A stretch of DNA of 64,000 nucleotides from Psammoneis japonica (taxonomy: Eukaryota), in the NCBI GenBank assembly GCA_008632985.1, contig QPGO01000173.1:62001-126000 (forward strand), read 5' to 3'. Within the stretch, counting starts at the first letter, position 1, and every line of letters begins with the position of its first letter. Below, one piece after another: positions 1-11,189 of this stretch. The position numbers and the translations under genes were made by a program. Below the pieces are notes generated by a model that saw only the letters and a list, made by a program, of their open reading frames with translations, searched no databases and was not told the DNA's origin.

Positions 1-1
1 T

Positions 2-469
2 TTTTGTATCCCTGTAGGAGTGTACGTCTTTACTATCCTCGATCAAGGAGGAGATGGAATTTGTTGCGACAAGGGAGAAGGCAGATATAAGATTTCTGTT
101 GACGGTGAACCAATCAAAAAGGGAGGAAACTTTGGGCACCAAGAATCCACGGAAATCATGGTTCAGCATGCTAACCAAAAGGATCAACTATCAAATGAGA
201 CTGACGCCATTGCTAACGCCCCAGATCCATCTCCTGACATAACTTCAGAATTATCTTCGTCGATTGCGACCCATGAAGGCGTAGGTCTTACATCAATGGT
301 GGAAGAGACGGAGAATGCATCGAGTCTCCCGGCATGGTTAACATGGCTCTGCGTTATTCTTATGACATTCGCAGCGGGGTGTTTGGTGTATCTCTCTGTT
401 CCCTTGCTCATCAGTTGCTCTTCACCCGTCGAAATCGAAACTGAGGAAATTGACAAAGAGATTCCGTGA
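2..469 (+). CDS. 3' part of M43 (pappalysin/ulilysin-like) metalloprotease paralog with C-terminal TM anchor; 5' end outside window
   Basis: FCIPVGVYVFTILDQGGDGI...EGRYKISVDG and the TM segment WLCVILMTFAAGCLVYLSVP align closely with the C-terminus of the protease at 3521-5056. Confidence 0.8.
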   Translation, partial: FCIPVGVYVFTILDQGGDGICCDKGEGRYKISVDGEPIKKGGNFGHQESTEIMVQHANQKDQLSNETDAIANAPDPSPDITSELSSSIATHEGVGLTSMVEETENASSLPAWLTWLCVILMTFAAGCLVYLSVPLLISCSSPVEIETEEIDKEIP

Positions 470-974
470 CCAACAAGTGCACGGCATGGAAGATATCGTG
501 TTTTCCTTTTCCTACAAGGCAACCAGTTTGCTGTTCTACTTGTATAGCTGACCCTCGACTCCTGGCCTCCAAAGAAATAGAAACCCTTATTTTGAGGTTG
601 CTCACGGGACTTGCAGACTAGCATCTCTGCGCGGTCCTTGTTGAAAAAGGTCAGGTATCAGCCATATTCGGGACTTCTGTCTTTTAAGTTACACGCAGCA
701 GTGCATTTGTCTACTTTACATTACATTCGACTGCGTTCGGAGACACAACATTCGTGTTTGACACTACTTTGATGGCCAAAACAGCCTCCACTATCCTCAT
801 GGACTGTGTTTGAGAAATGCTTGCCATGCACTCGTTTGCTTGTCACGGGCTCACCGGCAACCGAAAATGGTCCCAGCTAATCACAGAAACTCTTCGGGGC
901 TTGCGACTTCGCACCTAATTCAGGTACACCTCCCAGAACTCCGCTGTCTGCCTTTGCAGCAGCGGCGGCTGCAG

Positions 975-1154
975 CCGATCAAAGAAGAGACAATCGTCTC
1001 CTACAATGATGACGCTTAGTGGCTATACTGCAACTCAGGCCGCAGCCAGCACGAGTCCAAGCCACCGATAAAAGAAGAGACAACCGTCTCCTACAATGAG
1101 GATGCGCAGTTGCTATACTGTAACTCAGGCCGTAGCTAGCAAGAGTCCAAGCCA
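975..1154. repeat. 2 x 90 bp tandem direct repeat
   Basis: Units 975-1064 and 1065-1154 (CCGAT.AAAGAAGAGACAA.CGTCTCCTACAATGA...GAGTCCAAGCCA); 11 mismatches by eye. Confidence 0.9.
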
Positions 1155-1266
1155 CACAAAAAAAGGATTCGAGAAGAAGACACAGCAGTTTTCTTTCTCA
1201 GCGTACAGTAGAATGAAAATGCGAATGCTTATAAATCAATGAAAAGTACACTTTAAGCTAAAAGTG

Positions 1267-2661
1267 TCATTCGAAACCGCGCACGAACATATTGTTGCCG
1301 CCCTCATCTCTCCCAGAGCTGGGCCACTTCAACAAAAGGTTCGAACCTGGCCGAGATGGTGAGCCCTGAGCCAATGCCAGTTCATTCGAACTTAATTTGT
1401 GTACGAACGCCCCGCATCCCCTCTCTGAATGATTCATAGCCTGGGCTCGAAACGGGTTCCCATCATTTAGGTTTGAATTAACTCCAATCAGCAAAATGTC
1501 TGGTGTTGGATTCAGAGGTGGTAACCATCCTTCGACCTTCACCGTGGAATTAATGTAGAGACTCGGATCAAACCTTCCGGCACAGTAATTTTCTTCGAAA
1601 CTGCCTCGGTGATCTGTTTGGATGACATAAACGTCCATAAGTCCGTCTCCATTCACATCCAGAACCTCCAAATCTGGAGAGGTGAACGGAAGCATCATTT
1701 CATAGTATGGCTGAACCATGTCAAAATATGGCTTGTCTTTCCCCAATCCGCGGAATATCTTTAATCTCTGGTTGCGAGAATATCCGACAACAGACACTAG
1801 GTCCAGCACACCGTCCCCGGTCACGTCGGCGATACGGGCGCTTCGCATACTCTTGGAGCGGGGCAGATAGTATCTAGAAAATCGATTCTTTTTTTTCTGT
1901 ATCAGGATAGATGATCGTTGATTAGTTCTTGAGCAAAACAGCAAGTCATCCAAACCGTCGCTGTTAAAATCGGCAACTACAACTCGAGACAGCTTGACTT
2001 CTCTGTTGATTTTCTTGTTTCGAACTTCCCTAAAAAGCCGCCCGCTTTTATTTTTGGGTATTAATTTGTACAGTCTGTGCCAGTTTGGAAGACTATCCGA
2101 TCGTGGTGCGCCGCTGGTGGTGATCAGCAATAGCTTTGTTCCGTTTGCACCTGTCAAAGGTATCGCGTCCCGAGATCGCATGGAAGGAGTGTCGTACAAA
2201 CCATGGTTGAGTACTTTTTCAAGTGAGCCATCTGGCTGTGTAATGTAAACTTCATTGTGTCCCTTTCCGGTTCCCCTTAAGGCCCCAATGGTACAAATCA
2301 AGTCCAAAAGACCGTCGTTGTTGACGTCCATGGCGCCACAACCGTGTCGATCAATGCCTGTCCTTCCACCAACTTCATCTCTATCAGCAAGACGTGCAAC
2401 CTCACTTGGTTCCCATGCACCGTCACTATTCTCGCAATAGGGTATCTCTGGCTTTTGATGACCAACCCACCAGTATGTCCTTGAATTGCCACACCACGGC
2501 GACCCCTCGGGTGCCATTATTGTGGGCCCAAACACTCGAGAGAGAGGCTCTACAACAGTTACCTCAGGTTGGTCGGCAAAGTCGCCTTGTATGCTGGCAT
2601 GGCATGGTGGAATGCCAACCGCTACACCAAAAATGAGAATCGGATTCAAGTTTTTCTTCAT
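1267..2661 (-). CDS. Secreted FG-GAP/VCBS-repeat protein (ASPIC/CRTAC1-like beta-propeller)
   Basis: Signal peptide; four DxN/TxDGxxD Ca-binding repeats (DVNNDGLLDL, DFNSDGLDDL, DVTGDGVLDL, DVNGDGLMDV). Confidence 0.8.
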   Translation of the reverse strand: MKKNLNPILIFGVAVGIPPCHASIQGDFADQPEVTVVEPLSRVFGPTIMAPEGSPWCGNSRTYWWVGHQKPEIPYCENSDGAWEPSEVARLADRDEVGGRTGIDRHGCGAMDVNNDGLLDLICTIGALRGTGKGHNEVYITQPDGSLEKVLNHGLYDTPSMRSRDAIPLTGANGTKLLLITTSGAPRSDSLPNWHRLYKLIPKNKSGRLFREVRNKKINREVKLSRVVVADFNSDGLDDLLFCSRTNQRSSILIQKKKNRFSRYYLPRSKSMRSARIADVTGDGVLDLVSVVGYSRNQRLKIFRGLGKDKPYFDMVQPYYEMMLPFTSPDLEVLDVNGDGLMDVYVIQTDHRGSFEENYCAGRFDPSLYINSTVKVEGWLPPLNPTPDILLIGVNSNLNDGNPFRAQAMNHSERGCGAFVHKLSSNELALAQGSPSRPGSNLLLKWPSSGRDEGGNNMFVRGFE

Positions 2662-3520
2662 TGTCAGTTGTGTCGCGTTCGGAAAAGATCAAAATAAATC
2701 AGAGGGTTGTCACAGATTTGCATTGAAAATCTCACGGAAACGTGGTCGAATCGGATTTGCGAAAAAGAAAATTGCCCTCACGTTAAGTATTGGCAGGAAG
2801 GATGCTTACGATACGTTTTGTCTATGATACCTGTTTCTATAGTAGTTTCTGGTATGTAGATGGTAAGGAGTCTTTATGCCAGGACATCGTGTCTTTTCTC
2901 TCGCTTCCCGCGCCGTTTGCCCTAATTGCTCTTACAAAAAAATGTCCAAACTCTTCTGTCTAATGTTAGGAAACTGCACAGGCTTATGTTGTAGTGATTC
3001 TCGACTTCTCGACATTTTTCGACCGATGGATGACTGCCGCCTGACGACTGACTCTGCCTGGACGTTCACGAAAAACACAAATAATCGTGATTGATGTGGC
3101 TGGTTGTCTTTTGCCTTCAGTCTTGCCTCGAAACACTTCCACATAACGAGGTCATTTTGATTCAATGACAGCCGTCAAGTCTAGGCCCTATCGTTACTGT
3201 AGTGCGTGGCATGGACATCATGCAATCGTTGATTATTTGTGCTTTGGGCGCGATTCGACCTTCCCGCCTAACATTGATGATTAACGAATTCGTTGTTAGA
3301 ATGTCGTCCCCCTATGCAGTATTTCCATGCGAACACCATGTTGCATGTAGGGCCCTTTGACACATTCATCGAATACCGGACGGCGAAGTTGAAACGGCGG
3401 ATTCGCATTCGCATTCGCATTCGCTCCATCATCACTCTCTGCTCTGTGCTGGTTCATTCCCATAAACTGCTCATCTCTATTCTCTATCTCTCTCTATCCC
3501 TTTCTCAAATTTTCAGTTGC

Positions 3521-5056
3521 ATGCGCGGCACCTTTGTGACAATAGCAACATCTGGGATTGCAGCGCTGATCCTGACTACTTGCGTTACTGGGCATAACAG
3601 CTTTGCCCGCACTAGTCGTTGTGGAACACACGACCTTACCGCTGAACAACGTGAGAAAGATGCTTTACGAATGGCACAAAGACAACACAATAGACGTCGA
3701 ACCGAGAAATGCATACAATGTATCAAAGTTGATACCTACTTCCACGTTATTACTGATTAGGAGTTGGCAATGTCACCGAGAGAACGATACAAAAACAGAT
3801 TTTCGTCCTAAACACCGCCTTCGAGAGAACCGCCTTTCATTTCGAGCTGAAGCAAGTCACTCGGACAGCAAATGATAAATGGTTTTCATTATCTGGCCCT
3901 AGCGAAGAATCAAGCTCTGGACGAGAAATGAAGGAATCGTTGAGACAGGGCGGTGCGACAGCATTAAACATTTACTCCGTCAACATGAAATATCTCGGAT
4001 ATGCCACTCCCCCGATTGAGTTCTCAGTCTCGGATTCCAAGAATGATGGGGTCGTTGTTCTCCATTCGACTTTACCCGGAGGCGTGGCTTACCCTTTCAA
4101 TTTTGGCTTCACTTTAGTCCATGAGGTCGGTAAGTATGAGGTGTGAACCGCGGCAAAGTCTTGGTCGTTGCCTCCACTGACAAGCTTGAGTTGATCGCGT
4201 TGTTATAGGTCACTGGCTTGGTCTCTTGCATGTGTTTGCCCCCGATTGTGATGGTCCGGGAGACATGGTCCAAGACACTCCATCTCAAAGATCTCCAACA
4301 TATGGATGTGTTGAAAAGAAGGACTCCTGTCAAGATCATCCTGGTAGTGACAATATAAGGAACTTTATGGATTACAGTGACGATGCTTGCATGGTCGAGT
4401 TTACCGTTGGTCAAGCGGAAAGAATGCTTGACCAGTGGTACATTTATCGCCAGAAAGATGAAGAATGCGGATCTGGCGAGGTGATTATTGAAATTGATGT
4501 TAAACTGGACGAGAAACCAGAAGAGACATCTTGGAGTCTCGTCAATGAAGGAGGATCTTTGATCGCCGCAAGAGGCTATGATGCCAATCGTGACAGCAAC
4601 GATCGTCTTGTATCCGATTTTTGTATCCCTGTAGGAGTGTACATCTTTACTATCCTCGATCAAGGAGGAGATGGAATTGGAGAGGGTAGGTACAAGATCT
4701 CTGTTGACGGTAGACCAATTATAAAGGGAAGAAACTTTGGATATGAAGAATCCACAGAAATCGTGGTAGTCCCGGCACCAGACAATGACCAAGTATCAGA
4801 CGGCGATGATGCCATTCCAAACACCTCAAGTCGACCTCCCGAAGCTTCTCCGTTGATTTCGACCCATCAAGGCGCGACGTTCTTACCGGAAGAGACGGAG
4901 CCGCCACCAAGTCTTTCACCCTGGATGAAATGGCTCTTTGTGATTCTCATGGTATGCGCAGCAGGATGTTTGGTCTACCTTTCTGTCCCCATGCTTAGCA
5001 GTCGCTCTCCGCTCGTCGAAATCGAGACTAAAGAAGTTGGCAAAGATATTCCGTGA
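3521..5056 (+). CDS. M43 zinc metalloprotease (pappalysin/ulilysin family), signal peptide and C-terminal TM; intron 4130-4208; 1-nt frameshift near 3758
   Basis: Cys-switch-like RCGT prodomain motif; splicing GTAAGT...TTATAG rebuilds HEVGHWLGLLH; Met-turn NFMDYSDDAC; frame changes at ACT GAT TA GGA GTT. Confidence 0.85.
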
Positions 5057-5479
5057 CCAATCGCACCGAATGGACGGTGCATTGCGGTCCGTTTTAAAAG
5101 AAAACAAAGATTTGTACCTCCTCGCCCTTATGGACGAAGACCCGGTTTCGTCGACAAGCAACGCTCTAGATCAAGCGAGCTGCAAGGTCGAATAGCCGGG
5201 GCACACGTTGGTAACAAAAAATGCCCTACCGAAAATAATAGATTGCTGTTACGCTAAAGGGGTTTTATACGTACAGTAAAACGGCGCGTCACGACAGCAA
5301 AACTGAACCTGACGCTTCATCATGTTGTGAATGACAATGAGATACATTTCAAAGAATGTATCTATAATGTATAAGCAATAGACAATTGCAAATCAAAGCA
5401 CCCCAATTATAATCATAACTGGAGTTCGACACGCCTTCTTCTGGCACCGAATGTTCCCCATGGAGAGAAACGTTGTCAT

Positions 5480-6970
5480 TCAATCACACCAGTCGCATTC
5501 CTTCTGACAAGTGTCTCCAATGAGACCCCCGTTAAGGTGATCCGCTTTGTCGCAATGCTTTTCCGTGCGAATCTCCTGAAGCCCTAGCCACCTACACGTT
5601 TTCGTGCAGCGCTTCAAACCAAGTTTGCGGCAGATTCCAATCTTATCTGTGTTGCGGTTTCCGCCGCATTCCGGATCGGCGGCGATGGGGCGACGGCGTT
5701 CAGGGTCATCACACCAGTCACACTCTTCCTGACAAGTATCTCCAACAAGACCGCCGTTTAAGTGATCTTGTTCATCGCAATACTTTTCGGTACGACTCTC
5801 TCTACGCCCAAGCCACCGGCACGTTTTCTTGCAGCGCTTCTTGCTAACCTGGTGGCAAATTCCAATCTTGTCCGAGCCATCGTTATCGCCACATGCTGGT
5901 TCCAGGGCGGGAGGCGGCGGTGGAGGAGGAGGGCTTGGCGTTGAGGGAGGATTGGGAGAATCACGGTCGAGCAGGGTTCCGGTGCAGGTACCGCGAGGAA
6001 GAGGCTCCTTGACAACTCGCACTTCTTCCGGCGAGATCGTGGCCATGGTGTCAAGAGGCGGAGGCTGGTGAGTCTCTAGCGTGGCCCTAATGTCAATATC
6101 ACCTTCGTCGTCATAGACCGGAGTGGTACTGTTTGTAAGCATGTGATGGCAGTTATCCAGCACCTCAATGTCGCAGTCATCGATAACACTTTGAAGAAAG
6201 TCTTTGTCCCAACCCGCAATGTAGTCTGCATGTAGGTTGTCCGAGCCATGTGAAAAAGTATGCCAGCCTCCAGGATAATCCTTGATTTGGATGAAAAGCG
6301 ATAGCACTGGGAATCGCCCGGCTTGATGAGTCGGGGGGCACTCGCCTTCAAAAGAGCCATCCAAGGGATAGGCCACGTGCGAGATGTGATCGTCGGAATC
6401 TAGGCTACCGTTCCAGCACCTCGGGAACGTGATGGAGAATTCAAAGAACTCGCATGCGGTGGAAGGAAAGAAGTTACTCTCCGTATAGTCATCGCCTTCA
6501 GCGTCATGTGGCTCTATGCAACCCTTGAATATCTCAAAGTCTCCGGGAGGAATTGAGTCGGGATCCACCCCGGCAATCATCTTTAGGCCTGGGGGAAAGG
6601 CAACCAGGTTTTCATCATCACTTTCCCAAAAGTAGTACGCAACTCCAAACTCAATTGGCGATAGAGTGTACGTGCGGGTGGAACGATCATACTTATAGAC
6701 ACTTGGATGCCAGTAGAGCGACATGTTTTCTCGGATTTCGCCAGTCGACTGATCCGGCGACATTCTCAAGAGATCAGCAGCAGTAGTTTCAGGACGTAAA
6801 GCCTGCGGACCGTAAAAGGTGTGGACGTGATCCGAGAGACAAGTCTGGTTGATGATGGGATCGGTGCGTACATGGCCTGTGGGCAGGTAGTGGCTGTTGA
6901 TGCGACCAGCGAAAACATCATGAGCACTCAAGAGGAGGATGTGGGCGGCAGAGATGAAAAGAAACATCAT
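5480..6970 (-). CDS. Secreted DUF1996-domain protein with Pro linker and two Cys-rich C-terminal repeats
   Basis: RTDPII...HVHTFYG, NMSLYWHPSVY, FPPGLKMIAG, FPRCWNG, CPPTH and HADYIAGWD motifs of DUF1996; repeat CG.N..DKIGIC....KRC.KTCRWLG..E.RTEK.CD..DHLNGGL.GDTCQ.ECDWCD twice. Confidence 0.85.
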   Translation of the reverse strand: MMFLFISAAHILLLSAHDVFAGRINSHYLPTGHVRTDPIINQTCLSDHVHTFYGPQALRPETTAADLLRMSPDQSTGEIRENMSLYWHPSVYKYDRSTRTYTLSPIEFGVAYYFWESDDENLVAFPPGLKMIAGVDPDSIPPGDFEIFKGCIEPHDAEGDDYTESNFFPSTACEFFEFSITFPRCWNGSLDSDDHISHVAYPLDGSFEGECPPTHQAGRFPVLSLFIQIKDYPGGWHTFSHGSDNLHADYIAGWDKDFLQSVIDDCDIEVLDNCHHMLTNSTTPVYDDEGDIDIRATLETHQPPPLDTMATISPEEVRVVKEPLPRGTCTGTLLDRDSPNPPSTPSPPPPPPPPALEPACGDNDGSDKIGICHQVSKKRCKKTCRWLGRRESRTEKYCDEQDHLNGGLVGDTCQEECDWCDDPERRRPIAADPECGGNRNTDKIGICRKLGLKRCTKTCRWLGLQEIRTEKHCDKADHLNGGLIGDTCQKECDWCD

Positions 6971-7689
6971 CGTGTGCCATTTGTTCTCGGGATATTGAAC
7001 AATTGTGATCAGATGTATGATGTATGAGGGTAGAAGCGAATTTGCACTGTCACAAACCTGCGAAAGGGCGACCAGCGATCACACTGTCACAACCACCGGT
7101 GCAAAGACGATTACACTGCACAAACTGGTGAAAGCACGACCAAAAACTTCGACAAACCGGTAAAAGCCGTCTTCGACAAACCGCTAGAGAGAGAAGAACT
7201 AGCATCACAATGCCACCCGCCCCACTTGTGACCTTGAAAGAGAGTAGAGAGTGTTTATGTATGGCGCGATAATCCAAAAAATCCAAAAAATGTTTCGGGC
7301 GGTGGCGCGATGTTTATCGGCTTTAGGTAGAAGTACCGGTATCTTGCAAGAAATGAACGAATATGAATACTATCGGTAATCGTAATCGGGCGGTATGTCC
7401 GTCCGGCCCCATTGGGGGAAGTCTGTCCAAAGAATCTTTTGTAGAATTTGTACTGAAACAGTCTGTCAATCAGCGAGTTTCCAGGGCTTTGCGTAGGACT
7501 GGAACGCACTAATAACATACAGACTCGCATGACTCTTTACGGTATAAATCCCAAACGCACTGGTGGACGGAACTTCTTTGGACAGAGACTGTCCAGTGTC
7601 TTTCCAACCGTGATGACGCGCAATTATTTGCCCGCCAAGATCTTATGCAATTTTTTTCACAAGGGGTTCACGCACACAAACACACCACC

Positions 7690-10371
7690 ATGACGACAGG
7701 AAACGGCAACGGTGGCGCCAAGAAGACGAGGGCGGCGCCCTCCAAAACAACTATAGCTTGGTCAAATAGCTTAGCTCTATTCGCTATCTTGTCCTTGGCA
7801 GCTTCTTTTATGGCTGGACGAATAGCACAAAGCCGCTATGGAATAGCCAATTTCAGCACGGGTGACGAGACTGATGAGACAACGTCATCGCCTGAGGAAG
7901 AAATACACCGGTCGTGTCAGCACTTGATGATGGATTTTAATGACCTTGACCCGACATTCTTAGAGTCGGAGAGTGCTCTTTCGTCAATCATAGTTGAGAC
8001 TGCCGAAGAATTTGACGTTAACACGACACAGTTCTCGCCAGAGTGCTCACTTCGCAAAGGTGTAAATTGCCATATTTTATTTCCTCCGGGGAGCTTTATA
8101 TCTATTCAAAGCCATGTTTCCAAGAGGGTAGCAATGATGGATGTTGTAATTTGTGATGACGATGACGACAATGATCTGTTCGAGGTGATTGAAGTTGTCG
8201 AGGAGGCGTTTGAAGACCATGATCAGGACCCTCATGTCGTATGGTCAATAAAAGTCAGAGGATGTCGATCAGAAAAATTCAACACTGATCACTTTATACG
8301 GGAAGAGCATGCAGCTTTCTGTTTCAAGGAATTGGTAAGTGAACATTGCTGTGGTGGGTGATGGGATTTTTTCCACGCTTTTGGGGCCTGATTTCAACTG
8401 TTCCTTTCAATCTTTAGGTGGGTTCGGCCGAAACGCCCTTTCAGACAATCGAAGTCTACGACTATATCGGAGTAGAAGATTACCGCCGTTTCCATAATTA
8501 CCAAAAGGATGAGACGTGTGTTGCAACTGATGGAAACTTGTGTCAGCCAGAACGAGCCGTCTTTTTGAATGGCGTGATACAGTCAACTAGGACGGGTGAC
8601 GCCGCTTACCACGAAGCCTTGGTCCATCCCGCCATGTTTGCTCACAAACGGCCCGAACGTGTCGCCATTATCGGTGGGGGAGAGGGCGCAACCCTTCGTG
8701 AAGTTCTTAAACACAAATCAATCAAGCAGGCAATCATGGTGGAGATTGACGCCGAAATGATGAGCACCTCACGAGAGCTATTGCCCAGTTGGAACTCGTG
8801 TGCTGACATTCTTGGAAGTACCGAGTGCTGTTTTGATGATCCGCGAGCCACTGTTTATGCAGAAGACGCTCTTGCTTGGTTTATTGATCGATTCTATAAA
8901 GGAGATAGTGACCGTGCTAACGAGAAGGGTTTGGAGAATGCCGAGCCCATGGATGTTATCATTATGGATGCCCTGTAAGTTGATGGATCGTGATGTTGGC
9001 TCTGTGCTTTGCCCCGACTCGCCATTCATTTATTATAACATTGTGTCTTTGGTACAGGGATCCTGCGGATGAAGCTGATTTCTGTGAGATGCTCTACAGC
9101 AACAATGTGTTCTTGGAGTCGCTGTACAATGCTCTTTCGGAAGAAGGTATTCTCGTTATGCAACTTGGCGAAGCCCCACACGCAGGCGATGCTCCAGATA
9201 TGTTGACAGTAAACTATCTCCGCGCTTCTGTCGTGCAAAAGCTTGGTGAAATTGGTTTTGAGAGTATTCAAGTTTTCGATGAGGTACGTGATCTGAAAAC
9301 ATTTTGTCACTGTCGCTACGACTACAATTTCTTATACGTTGCCTTTTTTTGCTTCTGTCGTCATTCAAGGACTGTGAATTTGAAGCTCCCTGGACCTATC
9401 TTTTTGCGTTTAAAGACTGGCATACTCGGAAAAAGTGGTTTTCCACTGAAGCTGAAATGGAACGGGAAATGCACATTCGTGCCATGCCGACAAGGTCTGG
9501 TCGGTTGCCGTTCCAGTATTTCGACGGAGCGACAATGATGTCTTATCAACAGTCATCCCGGCAGTTCCAAGAAGTGTTTTGTAAGCAGCACCCAACTCCC
9601 GTAGGGTGTGAAAAGAGTAAAGGATACGACCCATACGTTCCAAACGTTCCAATGACTTCCTTCGAGGTCAAGAAGAGTGGGGTCGGTGGCCAGGGGTTGT
9701 TTGCAACGGTTGATATTGCAAGGGGATCATATATTGCAGCCAATACGAATGCAGATGCATTGCTTTTCTCTGACTCTACAATGAGAATGATATACTCGCT
9801 TGGCGACAAGGAACAAGTGGCAGACGCGTTGGATCCACTGTATCGCTACTCAATTGGGTATGGTTTTGAGAGCGACGCATTCGTGAGTTTAGAAGCCACC
9901 CATGCGTTCCCTTCCCATCTTTTGTCCGTCTCTCACTTGTTTCTTCACTCTTCTATGCTCAATTTGGCGGGATGCTAATAGGGAGGAAGTGCTGTTGTGG
10001 TAGACTCAAGTATGAACGCATTCATAAACCACGGTTACAATGGGACCGACAATGTTCGTATGGACATGCAATTTGGCTCTGTCGGATTTACAGAGTCCTC
10101 TGCGGACAAGGAGGAAATGTCTCGAGATTTCCCGGAGGGATTCGTAGAAAGATTTCCTTTCAATCCAGCAATAGACGGGCATCTTCGTCGCGTTGTTCTT
10201 GGCGGTAAAATTGCCCTACGAGATATTCGTGCAGGGGAAGAAATTTTCGACAGCTACTCTATCATGACCTCTTCAAGCAAGAGTTGGAACCATGATGTGC
10301 GACAGCTCAGGTCCAAATGCCGCGGGCAAGCTGTTGGAGATGTATCAGAGTGCGATGAGAGAGAGTTGTAG
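7690..10371 (+). CDS. Diatom long-chain-polyamine-type fusion: degenerate AdoMetDC + aminopropyltransferase (spermidine synthase-like) + SET domain; introns 8335-8417, 8975-9057, 9284-9369, 9883-9981
   Basis: N-terminal TM; QHLMMDFNDLDPTFL (SpeD-like start); YHEALVHP, IIGGGEGATLREVLKH, MVEID, DVIIMDALDP (aminopropyltransferase); GQGLFATVDI...FINHGYNG...RDIRAGEEIFDSY (SET); canonical GT-AG junctions keep the frame. Confidence 0.85.
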
Positions 10372-10517
10372 TGTCGCGGGAGTGGCTTTTACAATCATAG
10401 AATTCAAATATAGGTTCTACTACATTAAAGAAGAAACAAAAATCTGTTCTACCAAGCATCAAGCTAACCCACATAAGATATTGTGTTCATTGCTTCACGG
10501 TTCCTGTCATAGCTTCT

Positions 10518-10799
10518 TCAAAAGAAGTCATCCTTATCAATTCGCGGTCTTAATTTTTCCCATTCTTCCTTGGTTGGCGGTCCGATCTTTGGCGGCTTTC
10601 GGATTGCTTGTGCCTCGCGTACCCGTTGCATCTGTTTCAGCATAGATTGCGTCTTTTTGGTATATAGAGTAAACCCTGCGGAAGCTCCTAGTATCACGGC
10701 GGCCAAGCCAAGCTGAAGCGCGGTTGGTGAAGACGACAACGGCGAATTTTCAGGCGGTTTCTTCTGCTGTTCGGAAGTGGACGGGGTGGGTGATGACAT
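10518..10799 (-). CDS. Small single-TM hypothetical protein (93 aa)
   Basis: ATG at 10799, one hydrophobic helix LGLAAVILGASAGFTLY, protein-like charged C-terminus. Confidence 0.6.
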   Translation of the reverse strand: MSSPTPSTSEQQKKPPENSPLSSSPTALQLGLAAVILGASAGFTLYTKKTQSMLKQMQRVREAQAIRKPPKIGPPTKEEWEKLRPRIDKDDFF

Positions 10800-11189
10800 C
10801 TTTTCAATACTCTTGTTTTCTCTCTTCGAATGTGGAACGATATAAAGTTGAAGTTGATGCTCCTCCGTCAATAAGCGAAGTACGCTATCACGTGTGTGTT
10901 TGTCGTAATGCTCTTGTGAGTGATGGTATTCAAACGCCGAATTCTGGAGGTGTCATCGTCCGTTCGTTCGAATCGTCGATCGATCATCGATCTGATGATG
11001 ATGACTGATGATGATTCTTGTGAGTCGTGCGCGATCGAGCGACGCACGAACGCACGCACGACTGACCACGCGATTTTTGAGAATTTGCTCCCTTTTCATT
11101 CACACAAAGAAATGAAACAGATCACAGAGTTCTCGTTCATTTTTTGACGGTGTCGAAGATGGCAAAAGGCTGAACTTGCTTCGGATACC

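Noticed and set aside
975..1154. CRISPR-like array
   Set aside because: Two contiguous units with no spacers, in a eukaryotic context.
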